From Spirochaetia bacterium (GTDB lineage Bacteria > Spirochaetota > Spirochaetia > UBA9216), in the NCBI GenBank assembly GCA_965140585.1, contig OZ223269.1, positions 992,001-1,056,000 of the forward strand: a stretch of DNA of 64,000 nt, in the 5' to 3' direction. The notes under the pieces are model-generated. The model saw only the letters and a list, made by a program, of their open reading frames with translations, had not been told where the DNA came from and made no database searches. Shown here one piece after another: positions 30,726 to 41,200 of the stretch. Position numbers and translations under genes: made by a program. Each line of letters begins with the position of its first letter. Positions within the stretch are counted from its first letter, which is position 1.

Positions 30726-32666
30726 ATGGATAAAAGAATAATAATTGTAGCAGCAGCGGTACTGGTACTTATTGCAGGAGTCGTTCTTTTTTTAACTCTT
30801 GGAAACAATGATTCCGGAACTGCAGTAGTGGATGAAACACAGAAAGTAAAAGAAAATACCATGATACTTGCTCGCGATTACCTTGAAAAGGGCGATTACC
30901 AGCGGGCTCTTGATCTTCTTGACGGGCTTCTTATAAAAGATGCATCCGATGAAGAAGTCAGAAAACTCAGAGATGAAGTATTCGCCGCCCGCAAACTTTC
31001 TGAACAGGAAGAAAAACAAGCGTCAGACCAGAAACAGAATGACCTTGTTGAAACCCTTGAAGACCTTGGAGAAAGTATCAGTAAAAATACCTCTGTAAAT
31101 AATAATACGACTGTAACTCCTCAGAAGTCGGCTGAACAGGCGGCTGCTGAAGCTGCAGCAGAGCAGAAAAGACTTGAAGAACAGATGAAAGCTCTAGAAG
31201 AGCAGAAACGGCTTGCAGAAGAGCGTAGAAAGGAGGAGGAAGCCCGTCTGGCGGCCCTCTCCGAGGCTGAGAAAAAGAAAGCTGAACAGGTTCGAAAGCT
31301 TATCGACGAGGGTGTCGAAAAAATGCAGTCTTCAAACTTCAGAGGAGCCCGTGATAATTTCACCGAAGCAATATCACTGGATCCTCGGGCAGCAGAAGCC
31401 TATGCACAAATGGGAGAAGCCTATTTTCAGGAGGATGACAGCAATCAGATAAATATAAGAGAAGCTGTTGAATATGCGAACAAAGCCGTAAATTACGATG
31501 ATTCGCTGTGGATACCTCATAATACTCTAGGTAAAATATATGTTCAGACAAGAAACTGGAATGAAGCCATCAAAGAATTCAAGGAAGCCTCAAGGCTAAA
31601 TCCAGAGGATGCAAATATCCTTTATGAACTTGGTAAGGTTCAGTACAGAGCCGGTCAGTTCAATGATGCTAAAATTTCATTTGAAGGTGTAACACATCTT
31701 GATCCCGGCTTTTCAAAGGCATATTACAATCTTGGAGTTGTTTACAATAAACTGGGAAATGCCAGATCTGCACTTGATGCTTATAAAAAAGCAATCAACA
31801 CCGATCCATCCTATGATTCAGCCTACTATGCTGCAGGAAGCATTTTGAAAAGTTCAGGCGATTTTAATGCTGCAGAAACTTACCTGAAGAAGGCAGCAGC
31901 CCTTAAACCTGACAATCCCCGTTATCTTGATTTACTAGGGGTCGTTCTCTACAAGAATGGGAAATATACAGAAGCTGAGAATAATTTCAGCAGATCACTT
32001 GTCATTGAACCTGAATCTGCTGAAACCAACTACAACATGGCCATGACGCTTTCAATGCAGAAGAGATATGCTGAAGCTCTGGAATATTCAGTTAAAGCAG
32101 TACAGGCTGCATCTTCAAATGCCGCCTATCTTTTTACCCTCGGTGAAATAAGCGAGGCTCTTGGTGATATAACAAATGCCATGGCGGTTTATGAAAAGTC
32201 GGTTGCCGCTGATAAGGATTATCTTCCACCGCGTATTAACCTTGGAAAACTCTATGATGAAGACGGTCAGTTCGATAAGGCGCTCAACCATCTTGTAGTA
32301 GCCTATAAACTGGATCCTGAATCTTTTCCGGTCAATAACAACCTCGGAAATGTTTATCAGCATACAGGATTATATGAAGACAGTATTAAACATCTTAAAA
32401 AGGCTATTGAGAAAAAGCCCAATGAATCAAAAGTCAGGTATAATCTTGCTATGGCCTATATCGAAACTGAAAATAAGGATTCTGCAATTAAGACCCTGCA
32501 GGAACTGCTAAAAATAGATTCAAATTACTGGGATGCCTATTACCAGCTTGCAACACTTATGTATGCAAACGGTGACGAACGCGGTGCCTCAGAGGTGGCT
32601 AAAAAACTGCTGGACAAGAATCCTGATTATGCAAGAAGGGCCGAAATGGAAGCCCTCATAATGTAA
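30726..32666 (+). CDS. Membrane-anchored multi-TPR protein (Lmp1-like)
   Basis: N-terminal TM, E/A/K-rich coiled coil, about 12 TPRs; adjacent to mutL as lmp1 is in Borrelia. Confidence 0.75.
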   Translation: MDKRIIIVAAAVLVLIAGVVLFLTLGNNDSGTAVVDETQKVKENTMILARDYLEKGDYQRALDLLDGLLIKDASDEEVRKLRDEVFAARKLSEQEEKQASDQKQNDLVETLEDLGESISKNTSVNNNTTVTPQKSAEQAAAEAAAEQKRLEEQMKALEEQKRLAEERRKEEEARLAALSEAEKKKAEQVRKLIDEGVEKMQSSNFRGARDNFTEAISLDPRAAEAYAQMGEAYFQEDDSNQINIREAVEYANKAVNYDDSLWIPHNTLGKIYVQTRNWNEAIKEFKEASRLNPEDANILYELGKVQYRAGQFNDAKISFEGVTHLDPGFSKAYYNLGVVYNKLGNARSALDAYKKAINTDPSYDSAYYAAGSILKSSGDFNAAETYLKKAAALKPDNPRYLDLLGVVLYKNGKYTEAENNFSRSLVIEPESAETNYNMAMTLSMQKRYAEALEYSVKAVQAASSNAAYLFTLGEISEALGDITNAMAVYEKSVAADKDYLPPRINLGKLYDEDGQFDKALNHLVVAYKLDPESFPVNNNLGNVYQHTGLYEDSIKHLKKAIEKKPNESKVRYNLAMAYIETENKDSAIKTLQELLKIDSNYWDAYYQLATLMYANGDERGASEVAKKLLDKNPDYARRAEMEALIM

Positions 32667-32670
32667 TTGC

Positions 32671-34506
32671 CTAAATAATTCTTCCGAACATTTTATACAG
32701 CTGTTCCCTGTCGAGAGTCTGGACAACAGGCCTTCCATGGGGACAGCGTGGATTTTCAAGCAGTAAAACCTTTTCGGCAAGTTCATATGCCGTAATGCTG
32801 TCGATAATCTCACCATCCATGATCGCAGATCTGCATGATATCAAAGCAAACAGTTTCTTATGAAGCTCTTCAGCGGTTAGATTAGTGTTCTGAAAAAACT
32901 CCATATAACTCGAACTGCCTGTATAAGCAAGAGACGGAACTGCAGTCAGCTGCCAGATTCCGGGACTGCTTTTCTCAATTTTAAAACCGGTTTTAAGATA
33001 GAGATTCATATTCCTGATAAGATTTGCCTCTTCATTCTTTTCAAGTTCAAGAAGCTCAGGAATCAGTAAATCCTGACTTTTACCTTTTTCTTCAGACAAC
33101 TGATTAAATATAATCCGTTCATGCGCTGCATGCTGATCAATAATCAGAAACTCATCACCTTTTTCAAATAATAGAAAAAGGTTAAAAAGCTGCCCTATAT
33201 AAAGAAGGTCTGCTGTTTTTTTATAATTTTCTGCAGCTATACTATCTATATCTTTATTAACGTAAGAAGAAAGGGCAGAGTCTTCCTTTTTTATCTGTGC
33301 AGCAATTGTATCCAGCTTTTCCTTTCTGAAGACTGACTGAGAAGCAAATGAGTTATGCGGACTTTTATAATCACCTTTAAATGTCCTGGGCGTGTAATCT
33401 GAAGTCACTGATTCTGCTTTTGATTCTTTAAAATTACTGAATAGCTCTCTATTTGTAAACGCCGTATTTACATCTGAAACACTATTTTTACTGCCGAAAC
33501 CAGAAAGCTCATCTTTCATTGCGGTTGTCACAGTATGATGAAGGGCCGGAAGGTTTCTGAATTTCACTTCGCGTTTTGCAGGATGAATATTAAAGTCTAT
33601 ATGCTCGGGTGAGATGTCGAGAAAAAGAAAACATATTGGGTGACAGCCTCCCGGAAGAAAGGAATCATAGGCATAATCAACAGCCTGTACTAGTGAATAA
33701 TCGTTTATTCTTCTATTGTTTATAAAAACATGAATGTATTTACGATCTTTTCTATACTGAGAGGGGGTACTGTATACCGCTCTTACTCTAATACCGTCGG
33801 ATTCGGTCTCAAAATATGAAGTAAAATCGGGCAGCATGATTCCGCTGTAGGCCGATAATACCCTTGTTTTCAAATCAGATGCCGGAAGAAATATTTTAAG
33901 ATTACCTTCAGTAAAATACCTGAATGCAGTGTGGATATGCGGCAGTGCTTTTTCAATAAAAACTGAACGGCATTGAGCAGATTCCGAAGACGCACTTTTT
34001 AAGAAATTTTTGCGTCCCGGCATGGAATAAAACAAATCTTTTACCTGCACGGTAGTACCCTGTTTACCCCTGCCGGCTTCAAGTCGGATAAGCTTTCCAT
34101 CCTCAACTTCCAGAATCATAGCTGAATCCTGATTTGAAGAACAGCTTGTAATTGTAAGTTTTGCACAGGATGCTATACTTGAAAGCGCTTCGCCTCGAAA
34201 TCCCATTGTTGTTGTACTGTAAATATCTTCAAAATCTTTAATCTTACTGGTGGCATGAGGTAAAAAACATTTCTTTAAATTCTCTTCATCCATGCCGCAG
34301 CCGTCGTCTGTTACCCTGATATTTGAAATACCGCCGTTTTCGATATGAACAAGTATTTCCGAAGCTTCAGAGTCAATTGAATTATCAAGTAGTTCACGAA
34401 GTACAGCCTGAGGCCTGTCTATAACTTCGCCCGCGGCAATGCGGCGGGCGACAGAATCCCGGAGAACCTCAATTCTCCGGGAAGAGTTAATATAATTATC
34501 AGTCAT
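32671..34506 (-). CDS. mutL: DNA mismatch repair endonuclease MutL
   Basis: IAAGEVIDRP, HATSKI, GFRGEAL, DQHAAHER, SCR, CPHGRP. Confidence 0.97.
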   Translation of the reverse strand: MTDNYINSSRRIEVLRDSVARRIAAGEVIDRPQAVLRELLDNSIDSEASEILVHIENGGISNIRVTDDGCGMDEENLKKCFLPHATSKIKDFEDIYSTTTMGFRGEALSSIASCAKLTITSCSSNQDSAMILEVEDGKLIRLEAGRGKQGTTVQVKDLFYSMPGRKNFLKSASSESAQCRSVFIEKALPHIHTAFRYFTEGNLKIFLPASDLKTRVLSAYSGIMLPDFTSYFETESDGIRVRAVYSTPSQYRKDRKYIHVFINNRRINDYSLVQAVDYAYDSFLPGGCHPICFLFLDISPEHIDFNIHPAKREVKFRNLPALHHTVTTAMKDELSGFGSKNSVSDVNTAFTNRELFSNFKESKAESVTSDYTPRTFKGDYKSPHNSFASQSVFRKEKLDTIAAQIKKEDSALSSYVNKDIDSIAAENYKKTADLLYIGQLFNLFLLFEKGDEFLIIDQHAAHERIIFNQLSEEKGKSQDLLIPELLELEKNEEANLIRNMNLYLKTGFKIEKSSPGIWQLTAVPSLAYTGSSSYMEFFQNTNLTAEELHKKLFALISCRSAIMDGEIIDSITAYELAEKVLLLENPRCPHGRPVVQTLDREQLYKMFGRII

Positions 34507-34514
34507 AAAATCTT

Positions 34515-36779
34515 TTAGAAATGTACCCTTGTATCAATTGTGAAGGCGTAATAAACCTCTGAATCTTCTGTAATATTACCATTATTGTCCCTGCTTAGAG
34601 CAGTTGCAAACTGCAGTGCAACATCAAGATTATTAGAGAATGGATAGACAAGTTCACCATTGAAAATAGTATCAGTATCAAACAACTGGAACGCAGCTCC
34701 GTCAACGGTATCTCTTATACTTGAAGCAAGGTTGGTCCTGATATAGCTTACAGAACCATATAGACCCACTACAGGTATAACATCAGGCATAAGTTCCAGT
34801 GAAAGTATGAAATAATCATCATCTGCCGGACTGACGGTATCTCCGTCAAGCTGCCATGGCCACAGATATCCACCGGTAAGAGCAAGTGCATCAAAAAAGT
34901 TCATTCCCAGTTCACCATAGACTCCCATGGTAACAGTCTGATAACTCTCATCGCCAGGGTTATCTAAATAAGCAAGAATAGCATTGTAGTAGGAAGTCTT
35001 GTTCCTGTCGTAATTTGAGTTATAGAACGCAGGTGTAAAAAGCCCCTTGCTGTATCGGTATTCCAGTCTGTAATCAAGTCCGAATACATCACCGTAAAAA
35101 CCGGTTGCAATACCGTAATTGTTAAGCGCGGCTGAAAAATCTGATGCACCAGCATTGTAGAATGTGGAGGATTCAAAACTTCCGTCAATATATGGAATCA
35201 TAGTTGCAGTATCAGCAAACAGAGTCATGTTAATCATGCTGAGAGGCAGTTCTATATCGAAAGAAGGATTAACAAACATCGGATCAAAAAGACCGCTGTC
35301 TGAGTCAAGCTCTGAATCAGGGTTTATATCGGCTACAGCTGACAGTCCAAATCCGAGAGGGAATTTAGTACCCATTGGTTTTACAACAAAACGTCCGCCG
35401 AAGATTGATGGTGCAGAGGCATCATCAATAACAGCTTCAAAATCTATATATTCAAACTTCATTCCGGTATTTAAACCGACTTTTCTGATTGCAGGAAATT
35501 CGGTATCGTTGGCATAATTATACATGAGTATTCCATGACCAATAGTCATGTTGCTCAAATTACCGAATTTTAGGTAGAAATCATCTCCGTTATCTCCCCA
35601 CTGAAGATATCTTATTTTGAGAAACAGGTCGCTGACTACATCCAGACTAACATCTACCCATCCGTTTTGATCTGTACCGAATGACCATTCATCGTTTCCT
35701 GAAGGGTGGTACCAGGAGTCAGGATCAAAAAGGTTGTCCTGATATATTACAGGCAGATACAGACCCGCTCTGAATTTACCGATCTCAAACTGGGGCTGCA
35801 TAACCGCCTTGGCGTAAGTTTCACCGTCAATAGTAACTGAACCTATTTCAAAACCCAGAAAATCTCCAATGTCGGATAAAAGATCATCGAATGGTCCTGG
35901 TTCTGCAGCTTTCTTTTCTTCGTTACCACCTTCAGAATCACCGGAACCGCCTCTTGCTGCTGGCTTGCCTGAGATTATACCTGCAGCGGAACCTGCGGAA
36001 GGCTCAGGAGCAGTTTCCGCTTCTGCTTCAGGTTCTTCAACAGCTTTTTCTTCGGGAGCCTGAGGTTCTTCCTCTTCGGCTTCCTTTTCAGTTTCTTCTT
36101 CCGGCTCATCAGGAGTAACGGTATGACCGGGAACCTGACCGGGATCAACACCCTTGAACTGCATGTCGTTGAAGTATTCACCAAGCTGAGAGGCAGGCAC
36201 TGCGGCCGCTGTAAAAACATCAGCAAAAACATCTGCTACCTGACCGCCTAAAACATCTATTGTATCTCCGTTGAGAAGACTGGAAAATGAAACTGCACCA
36301 TCTTTAACAGCCAGTTTGCCGATGGAGTCAATAACAAAGTCGGTGCCGCGAACACCGCAGACTGCCGACTGAGTGACAATAGAGTAGTTCTCAAATCCAA
36401 GTCCGGCTCTGGCAGCTATTACTCTTAATTTACCGTTAAAGAGTGAAAAATCATTTGATTCATCTGCCGTACGCTGAAATGCTTCAATCTGAAAAACCGA
36501 ATTTTCAGATATCTTTAATATGGAACCGTTGGGATCAAGCTGGATTTCAGCAGTTGAATTATAGGTCTTAACTGTTGAACCGGGAAAAAGTTCCATTCCG
36601 GTAAAGACATCTCCAATATATTCGCCGGCACTGTCAAAAATTTCCAGTTCGAAGTCATCATCGTAGTAAACCAGAAATGCAGTAGGATTTATCTGATCCT
36701 GAGATGCAGCCGGGAAAACTGCGATTAAAAAGAGAAGTGTAAAAATTATTAAAATGGCTGAATTAAGTCGTCTGATCAT
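34515..36779 (-). CDS. FecR-domain protein fused via acidic Pro/Glu/Ala linker to a putative beta-barrel
   Basis: Signal peptide; TQSAVCGVRGTDF FecR motif; amphipathic strands; ends DTRVHF. Confidence 0.7.
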   Translation of the reverse strand: MIRRLNSAILIIFTLLFLIAVFPAASQDQINPTAFLVYYDDDFELEIFDSAGEYIGDVFTGMELFPGSTVKTYNSTAEIQLDPNGSILKISENSVFQIEAFQRTADESNDFSLFNGKLRVIAARAGLGFENYSIVTQSAVCGVRGTDFVIDSIGKLAVKDGAVSFSSLLNGDTIDVLGGQVADVFADVFTAAAVPASQLGEYFNDMQFKGVDPGQVPGHTVTPDEPEEETEKEAEEEEPQAPEEKAVEEPEAEAETAPEPSAGSAAGIISGKPAARGGSGDSEGGNEEKKAAEPGPFDDLLSDIGDFLGFEIGSVTIDGETYAKAVMQPQFEIGKFRAGLYLPVIYQDNLFDPDSWYHPSGNDEWSFGTDQNGWVDVSLDVVSDLFLKIRYLQWGDNGDDFYLKFGNLSNMTIGHGILMYNYANDTEFPAIRKVGLNTGMKFEYIDFEAVIDDASAPSIFGGRFVVKPMGTKFPLGFGLSAVADINPDSELDSDSGLFDPMFVNPSFDIELPLSMINMTLFADTATMIPYIDGSFESSTFYNAGASDFSAALNNYGIATGFYGDVFGLDYRLEYRYSKGLFTPAFYNSNYDRNKTSYYNAILAYLDNPGDESYQTVTMGVYGELGMNFFDALALTGGYLWPWQLDGDTVSPADDDYFILSLELMPDVIPVVGLYGSVSYIRTNLASSIRDTVDGAAFQLFDTDTIFNGELVYPFSNNLDVALQFATALSRDNNGNITEDSEVYYAFTIDTRVHF

Positions 36780-36793
36780 AATATCCTCCTGCC

Positions 36794-38191
36794 TCAGAAC
36801 AGCTGCAGCGAACAGCTTAGAGTGGAATTGACGGTATAATCATCCATGGTGAGCTCCGGATCATCATCCGGGTTGTACAGCAGGTCATATGACAATGTTA
36901 CGACCGCGCCTCCTGCATCATAGTTGACCGCCAAATTAATATAACTGTCTTCACCTGCAATCAGGTCACTGAATGCGGTAATATATTTTTTATCATATGA
37001 AGCCTCAAGAGAGAACTTTGGTATTAAACCTTCAGCAATAGCAAGCCGAGCAAGCATATGAGGGTAATCCGTGTAGTAATAATCATGTACAGTCTCACCA
37101 GCACCCAGTTCAGGTACAGCCTCAAAGGGACCATCCACCGTAGCTGTAAACATCAGCCTATCATCGAACAGCGAAATACCAGTAGTTGCCATCCATGCTA
37201 CACTTGGTTCGATAACAGTGGTATCCGAGTTCAGAATGGCAAACTTTGTACCGCGGTAAATATCATAAGTTGAATCAAAATAAGACGGAATAAAATTCTC
37301 ACCGAGGAATCTAACCTGAAATACATACGGAAGGATACTGATAATTCTTCCTCCGAATCCGATCATTTCACCATGATTTGCACCCTGGAAGGCCACATCA
37401 CCAAAAAGGGCAAGACTCAGGAAGGGAAGATTAAGAACAGGTTGGATAATATCGGTACCCCATATAAAAACCGTGTCGGCAGTAAGAGAAGAATCAAAGT
37501 ACTCTTCACGATAGTCAGGCGCAGTGTCCCATGCTCCGGAAATTCCCCATTCCAGATTCTTAAGTACGGGAATTTCAGACCAAATCATCGGCCTTGCATA
37601 AATCCTTCCGCCTATTACATCAAAACTGGCAAGATTTCCTACGAAGGTCTCAAGCCCTACATAGGGGAATTTAAAAAGCGTACCGTCTATATCAAAATTA
37701 AGTCCTGCAATTTTTTCATTCGGCTGAAAGATAGTATTGGAATAATTGCTTACAATGAATCCAGTACCAAGAGTTGCATCTTCTATCTGTCCGTATTTAA
37801 CATAAAGAGGATCACCCTTGTATCCGTATCTGACATAGGTAATTTTCGGCATGTATAATGCCAGATAATCTGCAAAGGTTCCATCCGCGATTACCCAGTC
37901 TTCCTCACGTACATCAAAACTGCTGCCGTCATTATCAGCCGGATCGACAAATCTGTAATGAAGAACTACGTCAAGTCCCACACCGAAATTTCCTATTGCA
38001 AGATCAGGCTGAAGTGCTATTGTCTGATAGGTTTCCGGGGTTCCTCCAAGTGTATCAAATGTTTCTACACCAAGAAGGAGTCCAAGACCGAAATCAGCAC
38101 CTGAACCGCCGGATTCAGCATCCTGTGCAAAAACCGGAATCATCAACGTTGTTAAAATAATTATCAGGAAAAATAATCTGTTAGATTTCAT
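36794..38191 (-). CDS. Putative outer-membrane beta-barrel protein, paralog of the C-terminal domain of the downstream gene
   Basis: Signal peptide (VFA-Q), alternating strands, terminal Phe. Confidence 0.65.
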   Translation of the reverse strand: MKSNRLFFLIIILTTLMIPVFAQDAESGGSGADFGLGLLLGVETFDTLGGTPETYQTIALQPDLAIGNFGVGLDVVLHYRFVDPADNDGSSFDVREEDWVIADGTFADYLALYMPKITYVRYGYKGDPLYVKYGQIEDATLGTGFIVSNYSNTIFQPNEKIAGLNFDIDGTLFKFPYVGLETFVGNLASFDVIGGRIYARPMIWSEIPVLKNLEWGISGAWDTAPDYREEYFDSSLTADTVFIWGTDIIQPVLNLPFLSLALFGDVAFQGANHGEMIGFGGRIISILPYVFQVRFLGENFIPSYFDSTYDIYRGTKFAILNSDTTVIEPSVAWMATTGISLFDDRLMFTATVDGPFEAVPELGAGETVHDYYYTDYPHMLARLAIAEGLIPKFSLEASYDKKYITAFSDLIAGEDSYINLAVNYDAGGAVVTLSYDLLYNPDDDPELTMDDYTVNSTLSCSLQLF

Positions 38192-38211
38192 GACAAATTC
38201 TCCTTGTTAAT

Positions 38212-38240
38212 ATTATATACCTTATCGACTTATTAAACAA
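38212..38240 (-). promoter_or_regulatory. Sigma70-like promoter
   Basis: TTGTTT-17 bp-TATAAT followed by AAGGAG RBS. Confidence 0.6.
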
Positions 38241-38254
38241 TTTAGCTGTGTAAA

Positions 38255-41200
38255 TTAATACATCACGCTACCGCTTATACCGGCACCTGTTCCGAAAAGC
38301 CAGATATGTCCGTCATCGGAATTTTCATAGGACAAGCCGGCTGTAACATAGGCTGATAGTGTAAAAGTCTGAAAAATGGTCAGTGCTGTTGTATGTTTCA
38401 GTTCTATATCATACGAATCTGAAATTGCAAAAACCATAAGTTCTTCATTTGTAAATATTTCAAGAGCCTCCTCTTCAGGGCTGAAAAAAGGAAGGTCGAT
38501 CGGCTTTTCCGGAATGCGGTTCCAGCTCCAGGTAAAAGCAGCTTCAAAAGATCCGGTAACGTCCTCATTATTGACAGGAAGTACTGATGCTGTTTCAAAG
38601 GAAATTGATTCTGTTTCATCAGTATAAAAAACGGCTGATGTACCAAGACCGTATTCCTGTACCGGTTGAGTATTCAACAGCCCGGAGAGAATTGCAGTCG
38701 CTGACCAGCTGTATTCATCCGAATACCAGAGATTAGTCAGTGAATGTGCTCCGGCCTGCCCAAAGAGATTCAAGGCTGTAGAACGGCCTGTAAAATCAAG
38801 GCTGAGATCACTTTCAAGTTCCAGATAATCTTTAACAGTGGTTCCGGTAATGCTGATATCAAGAAATGAAGGAAGAAATAGATCCATAAGCCTGCTGCTG
38901 TATTTTCTGTTAAGTGTCAGGTAAAGACTGTTGGTAAGTTCAGCATAATCAATTTCATAGGCGTTACAGCTATCATAAAAGGACTCAGACAGGGATTCCG
39001 AAAATAATTCATATCCCGGAACTGAAGTAAACAGGTATGCCTGCTCTGATACTGTTGTGAAAAGTTGATCAATATCTTCCTGAATAAGTGTATTTTTGGT
39101 GTCATATGTAAAATCAGCATTCCTGCTGTAGCCAATTCGGGCCGTCATTCCCCAGACTTCATCCGGGAGACTGATAGGGACAGCCATGTCCATATCAAAT
39201 GTGTCTGTCTTAATGTTATCACTGTCCACACTGCCTGAAAGCGTAATGGAGGTTTCAAAACCGGCAGGGACGGTTTTTATTCCAGGATTAAGACTGAATG
39301 CGCTGCTTCTTTCGATATTTTCGCCTGTATAGTAGGGCAGCATAAGACCGAAAGAATTTAACCATCCGTCGAAATATCCGTTCCAGCCGGGGTTGTAGCC
39401 GGAACCGGACAAAACCATGGCTGCTGAAGCTCCGCAGTAAAAAGACCCGAAGCTTAAATTTAATGTAGAATTCCAGTCCTGAAGAAGTAAATCATCAGAA
39501 AGAGAGGCTGTAAATCCGGCAAGTTCACCCGTTAGCCAGGGAAGGTTCAGCACAACAGAATCTGTTTTTGAAAAATCATCAGCTGAGGTATCTGCAGATT
39601 GAAAAACATCGTTGATTACCAGTGAACTGCCGGCTACAGGAACTTTCAAACTGTGATATCCTGAATATCTTGAATATTGCTGTGAATTATAAACACCAAG
39701 CGATGTTTTTATATTACTGCCGAGTATACTTGTGGTCATTACGCTTTGTGAATTTATTTCATAATTATCAGTTCCATTATCGCTTAAATCAAAGGCTGCA
39801 TTTTCACTGAAAGAGGTAACACCGATTATTTCTGTATCTCCGGCTTTTAAGACCGCTTTTCCCGAATTTATACTGAAATTAGCAGAAATTCCCGCACCTG
39901 CAATGTAAACGGAATCTTCCAGGTTAACCTCATCAATAAAAACAGTTCCACCTGCTGTATCATCCATAAAAAATTCGATGAGTGAAAATGAAGCGGGACT
40001 GCCGGAAACTGTAATATCAGTATCAGCTGATAAAACTCCATCTATATAAACTGATAAATCAGTATAATTCACCTCAACTTTATGCCAGACTGAAGTTTCA
40101 GAAATCGGAAGAATCATTTCATATCCGTTTGAGCTACCATCTGTAATCCTGACACCAAGATTGCTGTCTCCGCTGAGTGCCGGAGCATGGTAATAAAATG
40201 ACAAGCTTCTGTAATTCGAAGAATCTACCGGCTCTATATAAGAATACATATTCCAGTCTGAGTCCCAGTCAATTCGAAGAACACGGTTTGATTCACTTCC
40301 AATATAATCAGTTGAAAGAGCTTCATCAGGAGCTTCAGAGCTGAGTATATCTTCCTCATATATCTCTGAATATTCCGGAGCTGTATAACTTCCTTCAATG
40401 TTTGCAAACATGGAAGAGCCTTCAAATTTAAAATCTGCAAACATCAGTCTGCCTTCGGCCGCAGCTGTATTGCTTTTAACTGAAATTCTTACAAATTCAC
40501 TGTCTTTTAAACGTGAAAAAGCTGCAGCTCCGCTGTCAGTAAAATAACATCTGATTTTTTTCCAGCCGGTTCCAGGCAGCTGAAAATCAGTTCCGCTTTC
40601 AAATATAGCTATTGAGTCTGTTTTTTCACGATCAGCAATACCATTATCATTGATATCTTCACTATCAAGAACATCATTTGAGCCGTTTTGATTGTCTCCG
40701 CCGATAAGGGTACCGGAGGATGTATTCGGATCATTAAAAATGAAACCCTCTGAATACTCACTCGATTCTTCACCTATATAACCATCTGCGTCGAGATCCT
40801 CAGCCACAGAACCAGCTTCAATATAGACAGATAAATCAGATACATCTCCTTCCGATTTCATATAAAAACTAAAAGATTTATACATGCTCATATCCTGATT
40901 ACTGCCGCCTTTATTCAGTGGAAGCTGCATTCCGACCCATTCGGTGCTGTCTGCAAGCTCATAATCAAGAATAAGCGCATTTGTTATGCCGATACCGTCA
41001 GAATCAGGTATAGATGCAATATAAGGTCCTGATTTATACATATCTGCTGCTTTGGAATCAGCCGGATTGTAAATAAAGCTTTCATCAATTTCTGTATTAT
41101 AATCCTGATATGTACTTGAAGAGGCTGTATACCTGTAATCCTTGTAGTAAAGAATTCCCCTGTTAGCGTTTGTTAAACCACCATCAATAATACCTGATGG

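Noticed and set aside
31100-31300. GCAGAA/GAAGAA-rich quasi-repeats (also near 35900-36110)
   Set aside because: Explained by E/A/K coiled-coil and linker coding
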